Shown one piece after another: positions 26,492 to 38,400 of a DNA stretch of 64,000 nt. The notes below the pieces were generated by a model. The model was not told where the DNA came from, did not search any database, and was given only the letters and a program-made list of their open reading frames with translations. A program made the translations under genes and the position numbers. Positions within the stretch are counted from its first letter, which is position 1, and each line of letters opens with the position of its first letter. Source of the DNA: Chrysomallon squamiferum (taxonomy: Eukaryota > Animalia > Mollusca); assembly GCA_012295275.1 (NCBI GenBank), contig CM022668.1, positions 1,054,001-1,118,000 on the forward strand, given 5' to 3'.

Positions 26492-28563
26492 TAGGTAGGA
26501 TGTGTGTGTGGATGTAGTATGTATGTATGACTGGACAACACAATGGAGTTAATGTTGTCTGCTTTCATCGTTAAGTACCGAACACTTCCGTTTGTTAACT
26601 ACACCTGTAGAAAGTTTGGCTACAGTTGATAGTTCATTTAATTTTATGGACAATAGTTAAACGAAGCAGAAATAACTGACGTTTTAGAATCTGTAAGATA
26701 ATGAAAATGTCGGAATAAAAACAAAGAACTGACCAAAAAAAAAAAAATCATTGTTACATGTGGAATAATAACAACATCAGCTGGATCAAAGTAGTGAAAT
26801 AAAACAAGTTTTCTTCTTACAGAGAGCATTAAAGGTAAAGTTATTGTTACACGTTCCTTGGTAGTGTGAATATCTGCAAGTTTAAAGTTACTTATTCTAT
26901 CTTTTTTTATATAACGATAATAATAATCATAACAGTTTGTTTCATGTGTCTGAAATGAAATCAAATTTAAAGAAAAAAAAGTTGATCTCAAGAATTATTA
27001 TCAAAGGTAATTTTTACTTAGACCATATATCATCAAAGACTTAACATTTACAGATTTTATTATCAATGTTTATACTGTTTCAGATCTAGACCTGGCCATA
27101 TACAAACATGCAAACCGAAACGGCAAGCCACGCTACTCCGACAAAACACCGGTGAAGAAACAATCGTCACACGAAGACAATGACATAGACATTATCCCCC
27201 TTTACTGCGCCATTTTGGGTGCCGTTGTCATTGGACTTCTGGGATACGTTATACTAGTGCACTATCGACGGATAAAGGAGAAGAGACTTGTCAGGGAGCC
27301 TCACGAAGACGTGGAATATTCAAAGGCTTCGGGTGGAGACAGTGGAATTTACGTGGAGGTGGAACACCCGTCAAAGTTATCTCCTACAGGTATTTATACA
27401 TCTTAATCTGAATGAATTTATTACAAGCATATCCATTCTTCCAGTCATCGTCATCATCATCATTATCATAATCATCGTCACTGTCATCGTGATCGTGATT
27501 GTCGTCATCATCATCATCATCATCATCATTATTATTATTTAAATTTTTATATTATTGTATTTTATTTTATTTTATTTTATTTTATTTTATTTTTGTTTTG
27601 TTTTGTTTTGTTTTTTATTTTTTCATGAAATCATGGATTAACTCATGAATTTTAACTACACTTAAAAATTTTCTTCTGTGTTGAAGTAGTTAACAGTTTT
27701 AACAATTTGCACGACTAAACACTTTTCCCGAACCAAGAAATCACACGAGACTAGTAGTGTAGAGTGCTGGCTGGAAACTGAAACAGTTTCTCAGCTACAT
27801 CGCTGATATTCGATCCCGGTGCTGTTTCAACTTCTGTACAAAACATGTGTCAGATGTGTTGACACCAGCAGAGATCCCAGCTGTATTGCAGTAGAAATCT
27901 GCTGCGTCAAAATAAATTTTTATCCAAATGAATAAACTGAATAATAAAATAACGCCAGTGTTCATGTGACCATACACTGAGGACGTTATTCAGAATAAAT
28001 AAAATCCATCAAAATTTAAATACGGATCTATATCGATAAACGAATTATTTTCATATTAGTCATATTTTTATTATTCAAGCTAATGCAATATGTAACATGT
28101 TATATTCGATTTTATTTTATTTTTATTAAAAGAAATATATATATTTAAATAAAAAAATAATAAAATAAAAATAACTGCTCTTGAGAATTAAACTGTGAAT
28201 TTTTAATGTGAGTGGAGTAAATGACACAACACGCTTTCTTTGATCAGTCTTTCTGTGTCCTGTTTCCATTGAATGCTGAATGCCACCTGCTTGTTGTTTT
28301 ATCTGTCTGAAGTTTGATACAAGTGATGAAAAGTGTGTAATAATTTATTCGTTTTATAATCTCACATCTGTCACAGTTTGGCCGGTTGTCATGCAATATC
28401 AAAGCATAATTTAGCGATCGAGATATTTGCCATTTTTATTTCTAGTATGCAGCTAATCACCTTAAATTTGACTGTTGGTTATATGGATACAGAAAATGTG
28501 TGTATGTTTTTGCAGTTGGCGCGCGAATATGTACATAGAAACAAAAATTTAGATATAATATTA

Positions 28564-28652
<89 letters not shown>

Positions 28653-29810
28653 ACACACACCAAACACCACATCACACCACACACAAACCACACACAAACC
28701 ACACACACACACACACACACACGCACGCACACACACACTCGACCCACATACAGACTCACACTTTCATCCTCACCCTCACCTTACTCTAACCTTCAAAATC
28801 ACATAAACAGATTTCAAAAAATTATTAATAACGTGCTTTCTATTGCTGAAAATAAATTATTATATACAACATTGTTTTTATACCTTGTTACTTTCAAATG
28901 ATTTTATTTTTCAGCTATAATCACATGTTCTACAAGGATTCGTGATTTGCCGCAGTCAACGAAACGAGATCTCGAGAAATGTTTTGTACAAAGTAAAGAT
29001 TTCTCAGACTGGAAACTACTCGCTAAGGAACTCGGTACAGTTTACTTTCAAGTGAAATGTTATAATTACTCAAGCTTGCGTGCGTTTATGAATGAAGGTG
29101 GTTTAGTGGCTCGTAACTAATTTTACACCCCCCACACTTACACCCTCCGCACACACATAGTTCATCATTACTTCTTTACACCATATTCAAAATAGTGTTT
29201 AATTTAAACATAATAATAATAAATTGTTTTTATTAATTCGTTTTGAAGTGTAGTTTATTTATTTATTGTTATTATATATTTGTTTTGATTAGGTCAGGTC
29301 AAATAGTTCGACGTATCCTCGATTGGTCGAGACATTCTTACCTTCGCAGGTTGTTGCTGACATCTTAGGACAGTAGCCAGTTATTCTCATCTAAATAAAT
29401 TCAAAAAAGAAAGCAATTAAACAGAATATCTCTATTTTCCCCCTAAAATAATATTTGAGCATACTTCAAAACACAAATTTGAAATATATTAAATATTAAA
29501 AGGCAGGCAGTAATAATGGAACGATTACTGTGTGATTTGTCACCTGGCGGCCTGTTATCTTTGATCACTAAACATGCCCTCAGTAAAGTGCAGTTAATGT
29601 CAGTTTGTAAGGAGAAGCCGTTGGCTTCAGTTTGAACTTGGTGACTGTACCAGTAGTACGCTGACGTGTAGCTGACGTCAAACAAATAGTATTTTTGACT
29701 TTGACAGAAGAATGAAATACGTTACCCGTATGCGTAAGATATGAGTGAGGGAGTTAATGCGTGCAAGCGTGCGTTGGTGTATGCGAATATTTGTATTCAT
29801 ACATACATAC

Positions 29811-29850
<40 letters not shown>

Positions 29851-30835
29851 TATATACACACACACATGCATACAAACATACGCATACAAAGACACAAATG
29901 CACAAACATACCCATGAACAAACTAAAAAAAGTCCTGTTTTGATAGAAATAAATTCAGCTTATAAATTAAAATTAAAATTAATGTTATATGAGAGAGAGC
30001 GAGAGAGAGAATGTGTGTGTGTTATATTCCTATAACACCTGTTATAAAATTCGATATATTGTTTACCTATCACGAGAGCTGTTTAACACATTTATGAAGA
30101 TATTCAGTGGAAACTGCCAGGGGAAGACACAGGTCCAACCGCTCGTTCCGCTCCATCAAACACTTCTGTAAAGATCATAAAACTGAAAATGGTCATTGTT
30201 CACTTTTTTAGTAGATCTTAGCAAATTAACATTTTACACTTAAAATTCACATTCATGCTCCATCTGCATGAGTTTTCTTAATATTTAAAAAATAAAAATA
30301 ATAATAATGATTTTTTTTTAATTGATTTTTTACTCATTTTCTCGTCAATTTTAATGTTTGTTTTTCTGTTTTAAAGAGTTGAGACTGTATATGATATAGA
30401 AACATAGGTAAACAAAACTAACTCGATCAGATGCTGATTTCTTTGATCTTTGTTGCACTGCAAGATGTTTATTAAGACCGCGATGATGATGATTGTGAAA
30501 ATTATCACGAATGATGTTGTTATTTATTATTTTTATTTATTTGTGTTATTGTTGTTATGTTACCATCATTGTTATTTTATTTATTAAGGTTACTGTTTAT
30601 TTTAGGTTATAACAACAGAAGACTGACGCAGTTTGAGGAGCTGACAAAGAAGGGCGTGGGTACGCCAGTTGTTCACATTATTAAAGAATGGACTAACGGT
30701 GAAAAAGCCACAGTTGGAATCTTAATACAAGCTTTAAAAAATATTGGACGGCAAGATATTCTGAGGAATTTACACCTTACCAACCCGACTGAACTGCAGC
30801 CTCTCAATCCACACATTCAACAACACGTGTTGTAG
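16909..30835 (+). CDS. NGFR: p75 neurotrophin receptor (NGFR/TNFRSF16)-like death-domain receptor, 5 exons, 401 aa
   Basis: Exons 16909-16944, 20590-21103, 27084-27389, 28915-29034 and 30606-30835 total 1206 nt in frame. They encode signal peptide MSSLIILVAVWLSCLGRAEG, four 6-Cys TNFR CRDs, TM IIPLYCAILGAVVIGLLGYVIL (p75 has LIPVYCSILAAVVVGLVAYIAF), a DSGI motif and a death domain (DWKLLAKELGY...IIKEW...ATVGILIQALKNIGRQDIL). Confidence 0.9.
18835..19154. repeat. Compound (TG)n/(TTTGTG)n microsatellite
   Basis: Seen directly. Confidence 0.95.
20590..21103 (+). CDS. NGFR: p75-like exon 2, all four cysteine-rich domains
   Basis: tttcag acceptor and A|GTAAGT donor; 24 Cys in TNFR spacing. Confidence 0.95.
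21095..21388. repeat. Degenerate ~57-bp tandem repeat spanning the exon 2/intron 2 junction
   Basis: tatgtattagtaagtatagctgtaacagttacatatgggtttcctgatacgattttcc is repeated in full and partial copies. Confidence 0.85.
26243..26528. repeat. Compound (TATG)n/(TG)n microsatellite with three copies of gtaggtaggatgtgtgtgtggatgtagtatg (~85-bp period)
   Basis: Seen directly. Confidence 0.9.
27084..27389 (+). CDS. NGFR: p75-like exon 3: stalk, transmembrane helix and juxtamembrane region
   Basis: tttcag/gtattt boundaries, 306 nt, phase 1-1; p75-type TM. Confidence 0.93.
28566..28650. repeat. (CT)n microsatellite followed by a CA-rich tract
   Basis: Seen directly. Confidence 0.95.
28915..29034 (+). 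CDS. NGFR: p75-like exon 4, N-terminal half of the death domain
   Basis: Translates as IRDLPQSTKRDLEKCF...DWKLLAKELG; tttcag/gtacag boundaries. Confidence 0.92.
30606..30835 (+). CDS. NGFR: p75-like exon 5, C-terminal half of the death domain to the stop
   Basis: Translates as GYNNRRLTQF...PVVHIIKEW...ATVGILIQALKNIGRQDILRNL...QQHVL*. Confidence 0.93.
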
Positions 30836-33381
30836 CAGGATGTGTTCTAGTTTAGAAAGTACACACATTTAGGGTGATCAATATTTAAACAATAAACATA
30901 AATACATTAATTACAATGGAATCTGTTGGATATATATTAATCACCTGTCAAAGTGATTATGACAGCAAAAACAACAACAACAACAACAACAGCAACAGCA
31001 ACAAATCCCCCCCAAAAAACACAAATAAAAATAATATATTAAAAAAAAAGGTTGCTTCAACATAAGACATATGCTTATATGTACAATTTGTTTTAAACTG
31101 GTGTATGAATGTAGATAATAGAATATGTTGTCATTGTTTCTCTAGACAAAGCATTTCATTCGTGTAATATTGTGAAACATTACTTTCATTGGATAGTCAA
31201 GAACTATTCACATCTGTGTCATTATAAATATGTTATACATGAAAAAAAATTCTTGTCTTTTTGTTTGTTTTAATGCATATGAACTCTGAATTGTATTGTT
31301 ATCTATGCCTGTTTATTTTATAATTAAACAATTAAAACAGAAAAAACTATTTTAAAGACTATTGTAGCCGAACCTATAATGGACTCCTTGCATAAGACGT
31401 ACCTGCATCATGTCCTGTGAGATGTGAACAAAACATACAGCCGTGAAATTATAAGACTTTGTCAATCATAGATCTGTGAGCCTAGTCACCAAGCTTTAAA
31501 CTAGACCTACATGTTATTTCTCAGCCGCACTAACAACCATCTTGAAATTTCCTATGCAGTGTTAATGTTTGTTGTTTCCAAGCATTTTAACTTTTCTGTA
31601 GTCACTGCTGGAGTATTTTTGCAAAGAGCTGCCAAAGAGTTTATATGATATATTGAATTATGATAATAATCAAGGCTAATATTATTCGGAAAATACTTTT
31701 GTACAAAGTAACTGAGTTTTAACGTTGGCCTTGATAATTCAAATGTGATCCTTTGTAGTTGACTGGATAAGCAACAACGTTAACGTCATTTTCCCGTGTA
31801 TAATTATATTCGCTATAGTTCCGTCAAAAAATAATATGTATGTGTGTGTGTGCGGATAAAATTAGAAAATTCTCAGTCCCTTCAGTAATTTAGGCCTACA
31901 TAACGACTGAAAGACTGGAGAAATAATATGTTAAGTAGGATGTGATGAAACAACACTAAGAAGACAAAATGGTCTGTTGCTAGCGAAAAATAAATTGTAT
32001 GAAATGAAGTGGCTCTGTCGCGCTAACAAATCGTTACCCATCTTATAATAGGAAAATATAAATGCACGTGAATTTTACTTTGTCGGCACTAAAATACTGG
32101 CTAGTTTCAATGTTAAAATTCGGACAAGCATGCGGCTTCTCATTCAGCTTTAGCAAATACTGGAAAAAAACTCCCTGAAAACTCTAAAGTTTATTATCAA
32201 CACATACCGATAGATTCATCGCTTTTACCAAAAATACGAAAAGCGAAATATTTTCTCCTTTTAGTGATATTGTTTTTCATTTTTACACAGCAATCAGAAA
32301 TAGAAACAGGCGAAGCTTTTTCGACTGATTGAGATGAGTGTAAAATACATGGTTTGTATATTCAAATACAGGTTTTTTTATTTCTTCTTTGTATGCTTAG
32401 AACAAATATTTTAAAAATTCAAATAAAATATTACATGTCATTTTTAGCTTGTGAGATGAAGTAGTTTGTCTTTTTTATAACAACCATAGCGATAACATTC
32501 ATTCTTATTTTAAATCAAGGGAGGTAAGTAGGAAATAGGTTTTGAAAAGTGCATGTTGGATTTTCGCTTATAAACAAAGGTTGATCACCGAATGTTATCA
32601 ACATATAACTTTTACCGTCAGATCTCTCTGTTTTAAGCACAATTTCTTCTGGAAATTAGACAAATACACAAAACTTGCCTGAATGTCTTGATAAAAATAA
32701 ATTTCAGTATTACTAATTACCTTCCTTGACTTAAAATAAACACGCTCATGTTGTCTGATGTAGTAGAAATCAAAAAGAAAAAGAACTGTTAATCTAACAA
32801 CTCTCAAAACGTCCTGTAATATTTTACATACTAAGAACAAATGGTAGCAACATTCCGAGAACTGCTTCTTATGACAGCTCGTGACAATGCTTTGTACTCG
32901 CGTGATAGAACACTCAAATAAACACTCAGTGTCACTTATTTAAAAATAACTTGGAATGCAGTCGATACACATTTAAATAAAACCTACAGCATAAAACAGA
33001 CAAAACAAAAATGTTTACTGTGATATGATAACTTGCATGAAATTATTTTCACATAAAATAGTTCTGTTGTATTAGAAAACTGTTTCAATATTAAAACAAA
33101 ATATCTACTATAGCCCTGCATACCCCATTTTTTTTTAAACCCTTCGTTCTGACTAGCAATTGCCAGCTGTTTCAGATATAAGCAATTTTTAAACAGTTCC
33201 ACTTATCAAAGATTACCGTTGAAAATAAATAACAGTGTAGCGTTATGTAAGAAGTTGAATATGGCACAACTCAAAGAGCATCTCCAGGATAGCCAAGTGA
33301 CAGATGCGTGTCAAATGAAATAAATGACATAAATGACATATTGTAGGTCTGAGTAATCAAAAAAAAACAATAAGTGTATAA

Positions 33382-33435
<54 letters not shown>

Positions 33436-34906
33436 TTCAAACCAGTAATAAATAAATAAAATAAAATAAAATAAAATGAAGTGAAATAATTTCTACAAGT
33501 TAACTGTTAGTAGTGTAACCCGCCCCTCTACCCTGCCTGTTTCTTGGTAATGTCACTGAGATCAGGTGTAAAATCAATTATGTACAGTAGTCTACTTTGT
33601 AGCAAACTTTTTATTTCGTAAAAAACTCAAACACTATAATGTATACTAGAAAAGGCAAAAGACACAAACCAGAAACACAGATATTTCTTATAGCTATCAA
33701 AACGTATCACAGATTTATCGTTACTGCACTTTATCAGCGTGGTAGACCAGTCTATGTTATGAAGCAGACAGCACGTGTGAACAAACCCGATCTAAAGCTG
33801 CTTACGTCCCCTGCGTCCCGTGTGTAAACATTTCTGTTTGTCTTTCTGTTTTAATTCCCATCATTTTCTTGTTGTATTTATGGGTTACGGATGTATATGC
33901 AATCATGGCAGTTCGTGACATGTCAAAAATAAAAAAAATATAATAATAAAAAAAAGAAAGAAGAAATAATATTTACTGTCAATTCAGTATGTTTTCAAGT
34001 CTCCCCTTTGTTTCACTAAGTTGTAAATGCAAGTAGTAACTTTGTACACTTAAAAAAACAAAAAACAAAACAAAAAACAATCACATTTATATTCCGAATC
34101 ACATAACTAATAATAAAAAATTAACAAATAACTCGTTCTCATAACAGTGAAGGACTTGGTCGAAAAACATTTACCGAAAATACTTGTAAAAAGGCTCCTT
34201 CAAAAGACTGTAAAAATCTGGACTGTAAAACGTTGCCAAAGGAATCAAATAAAAGTGAAGGTTTTTAGCAAGTAGAATATTATGTCTATTCAGTATTGCT
34301 GTATTTATTTATGTTAATGCGATTTTATACCGCCAGAGAAGCCTTTTAAATCATCTGAGAAACTAGACTTTATTTCACTTTTATGTTTATCAATTGTTTC
34401 TTTTTCTATTATTTAACGTAATGGATCCATGTGGTCATACCACTACTGTCTCATAATTATTATGATTGAAAATATTTTACATGCAAATTTTGTTTTTATT
34501 TTTATTGATTTACTGCGTATCAACAGTAATGATGATGAATTATATAGAAATGGCCAGTTTTTAAAAAGCAATCGATGCATAATATATGTGTATGTGTATG
34601 TGTGTGTACGTGATGTGTGTGTGTGTGTGTTCGATATTGATATAAAAAATCATCGCTCTGTTAAATTTTAACATTGATTTTCTGTACAGCACCTATTATA
34701 CACCGTATACTGTGTGAACTTTGTTGCATATTTAAAACAAAAAGTGTTTAGAAAATATTGATTACTTTTCGGGTACATTTATTTGCCGTACTCGTAAATT
34801 TTGCAATCTCAAAATATTCCTGACAACGAAATAGCAAGATTTCCAGTCTTTATTTACAAAATAAATAAATAAAAACATTTATAAAATGAAATAAAAAGAG
34901 ATAAAT

Positions 34907-34961
<55 letters not shown>

Positions 34962-35398
34962 TCAACAGAACCAGTTTCAAAAATATGTTTAGATCATTAA
35001 TCAGTTTAGATCATTAATTTTCTCCAGTGTGTTAAAATAATATTTATAATAAACATATAACGAATTCACAGAAGAATATATTCGAGTCATTCTAAATTTG
35101 CGTTTCTATTTATATGAATTTCAAAATCCTTAACATCGTAAATGATTCATCTTTGTCAGTGTGTTATACCATATGATAGTATTATTATTATTCTTTTAAT
35201 CGTTATGTTCAACTTACATTAAACCCCACTGATATGAAGTTCTTAAATTAATTAATTATTAATCAAAATATCTGTACTGTCTCATTTTTTTTGTTTAAAG
35301 AAATAAATCTGTAAACGCCGGTTTTAAAATGATGGGCGATGTTAAAGATTTCGGTATATTCCGTTTGTCTTCGTTAAATCAGTGTATATTTAGTCGGG

Positions 35399-35427
35399 CC
35401 GGAAACCGGAAGTTTATTAAAATGGCG
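35399..35427 (+). promoter_or_regulatory. DNAJB11 core promoter: tandem ETS motifs (CCGGAAA, ACCGGAAGT) and a YY1-like AAAATGGCG overlapping the ATG
   Basis: ccggaaaccggaagtttattaaaatggcg; these motifs are typical of housekeeping promoters. Confidence 0.65.
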
Positions 35428-35492
35428 TCGCCGGTGATCTGGTATCTCTTCGCAGCAAATGTCTTCGTGATTTTTGTTCAAGTACTTGGCGG
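35422..35492 (+). CDS. DNAJB11: DNAJB11 exon 1, signal peptide
   Basis: [24 protein letters not shown]; phase 2 joins RDFYKILG. Confidence 0.9.
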
Positions 35493-38400
35493 GTATTAAC
35501 TCAAATTAATTTCGATGAATTGAATTTTTCTTTAAATATCATTTGTTTGGATGTAGTATATTTTGGGGTTGCTTTTATGTTTGTTACATACATCTTTTCA
35601 TGTTAACTGAATGCATTCCCTCTTTTGATGTCGTGGTAATCTGTCATTGGTCAGCATTTTAACTTAATGGTTTTCATAATTTAACTAAAACATTAACAAA
35701 ATGTACATTTTTAATGTATGTATTTATTTATTATTTTTTAAACTGAAGAAGATTTTGCATTTGTTTAATAAATGCTTATAATTATAATATTTGTTGAAAT
35801 TTATTGAATGCTACATCATCTAGTAAATAATCATAAAACTAGTAGTAGTTATGCTTTAAATTATAATAATTTTATTATAAATGATAAATTAGGTAAATGA
35901 TAAAATATTTAGTATCACCAGAAGGAATACCTTAATAGTCACCCCTAGATAAAGGAAATATGTTGCACAATAAAAGGACCAACAGCATTTTTAATTTTAT
36001 TATTTACTGCTAATTTGCTATATAATATATGTATTTTATTATTATTATACAGCACTAAGAAATAGGTATATAACAAAATCATTTTCACAGTTAACTGTGT
36101 ACATCACCAGATCTAGTGTTATAGTTAATCATGTTTAAAATTTCTGGAATAAAAAATCTTTTTAATAACTTAGCACACATATTTCCTCATTGATATAGAC
36201 TTTTTCTTTTTACTGTTCTAGAAGTATTTTTAAAAACTCTGATGAAAAATAATTACATGTAATCAGTTAGTTGAAAATCAAACACCTAGTGTCATTCACT
36301 TCAAGAAATAGTTCTGTTGTAAGTCAGGTGTATTTGTGTAAAAATGTTATCAAAATCCGACTCTTGCACTATTATTATAGATCTGCCAAAATCATCTGAT
36401 TTTTCCCATATGGGTCATAAACAATCCATTATGACTGTCTGCTTCATGATCAAATACTGCAGTTTGATTGGACGTTTGTTTTATTCTACATCAGTAGATT
36501 AAATGTTTACATATTTGTACAAAAATAATTACCTGTAACTTTAGGTAACTTAGAATCTGAATTATTCTGAAAATTCACTTTTATTCAGTATTTCTGAACA
36601 AAGTTTTCTTTGGTTAGAGAATTAATTTTGCTTTGAAAAGTGTATTTATCAGTACTCTGGCAATCTGAAAAGTACATATGGTTGAGGACAAGAGATGTAA
36701 ATTCTTGAAGCCAATCAGTGGGCTTGAAATCAGTTTCAGAACTAAATCCTAGTGAAATGAATCAAATTACGTCAGTTTCTGCTTACTTGTAGCATTTTCA
36801 ATTTAAAACTTCTTTTAATTTTTTTCTTTTTTTCTTAGCTAATTATTTAGTTATCATTATAATACACTGTGAAATAGTATTGAATATGGGAAATAATTTT
36901 TTGAAATAAAATTGCAGACGAGATTTCTACAAAATTCTTGGCGTACCCAAATCAGCATCAACAAATCAGATTAAAAAAGCATACAGAAAACTGGCAAGAG
37001 AGTTACATCCAGACAAAAACCAAGATGACCCAGATGCAGAACAACAGTTTCAAGATCTCGGTGCAGCATATGAGGTATTTCAAACTATCATTATTTCACT
37101 GCTTCAGGAAAATCCTACATTCTATTTATTTATGTACAGAGTTCTTAAAGTATTGAAATATAATTAATAATTAAAAAAAAAATTCTGTAAATCATAATGG
37201 TATTTTAAGTAATAATAATAAGAATTTGAAATGTAGGCCAAAAACAAACTAATATTAAAGTCAAATTCAAATGATTAAAACCTGCGAAATAGCAATGACA
37301 AATTACCTCCCTTGAAATTGCTTTGATAAACAAAAATGCAAGTACTTTTTTAACATCTGGAGCTAGAAATATATATATATAATTCCTTTGCTATTCATGT
37401 ATCACTTCATGCTATTATTTTCAAGGTAAGTCCATTAAAACACATACTTAGGTTTTTCCACAAACCATTCCCACTTGGTTAGCAAAAACATGGACCAAAG
37501 TTCTTAACATGGACCACAAAGTGTTCTGTGATTTTGCTGTGATATCATCAGCATAATCTCTGTTTCCATTAATATATAGAAATTAAACTTTATCGGGGAA
37601 ATTTTCAAGTTTAAGGTTTCCAAAATAAATTTTGCTTGATTTAAGAAAGAAAAATATTGTTTTGGAGGGAAAACTCATGAGTTGGGGTACTGGTAAGTTG
37701 AGGTACATATATATAATTTTTTTTTTTTTTTTTTCCCTCTATAATAACCTAATGTGTAAAAATCAGTTACATTTATATACAAACGTTAGCAGCTGCATGC
37801 AAGGTTTGAATCAGTTGATATTTCTTCCTTGCTCACCATGTATTGTGTACCACATAAAGAGCAACATTTCCTCTTTCCAGTGCAGTGTTTGTTTTTGTTT
37901 GAAAGTGTGCAATTTTTTGTGTCATCCCTTCTGTGAGGAAATACACACAGCTTCCTTTCTGCCAGATGTTTCTTATTTTAAGCCTTCTTCTGTCATCTGG
38001 GAAACAGTGAGATGGCAGAAATGAAGCTGTGTGTATTTCCTCGCAGAAGGGATGACACAAAAAATTGCACACTTTCAAACAAAAACAAACACTGCACTGG
38101 AAAGAGGAAATGTTGCTCTTTATGTGGTACACAATACATGGTGAGCCGGGAAGAGATATCAACTGATTCAAACCTTGCATGCAGCTGCTAACGTTTGTAT
38201 ATAAATGTAACTGATTTTTACACATTAGGTTATTATAGAGGGAAAAAAAAAAAAAAATAATTATATATATATACCTTGACTTACCAGTGCCCCAACTCAT
38301 GAGTTTTTTTAGTTATGAGCAGTTGCCTGGTCGATTTTTTGGTTCTGTTTTGCTGTGTTTGCATTTTGTGCAGCAGTATTTTGCCAAATTTCTTTTTTGT

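Noticed and set aside
37632-38300. Twin 130/155-aa ORFs on opposite strands as duplicated genes
   Set aside because: They are a by-product of the inverted repeat within an intron, include homopolymer runs and show no domain.
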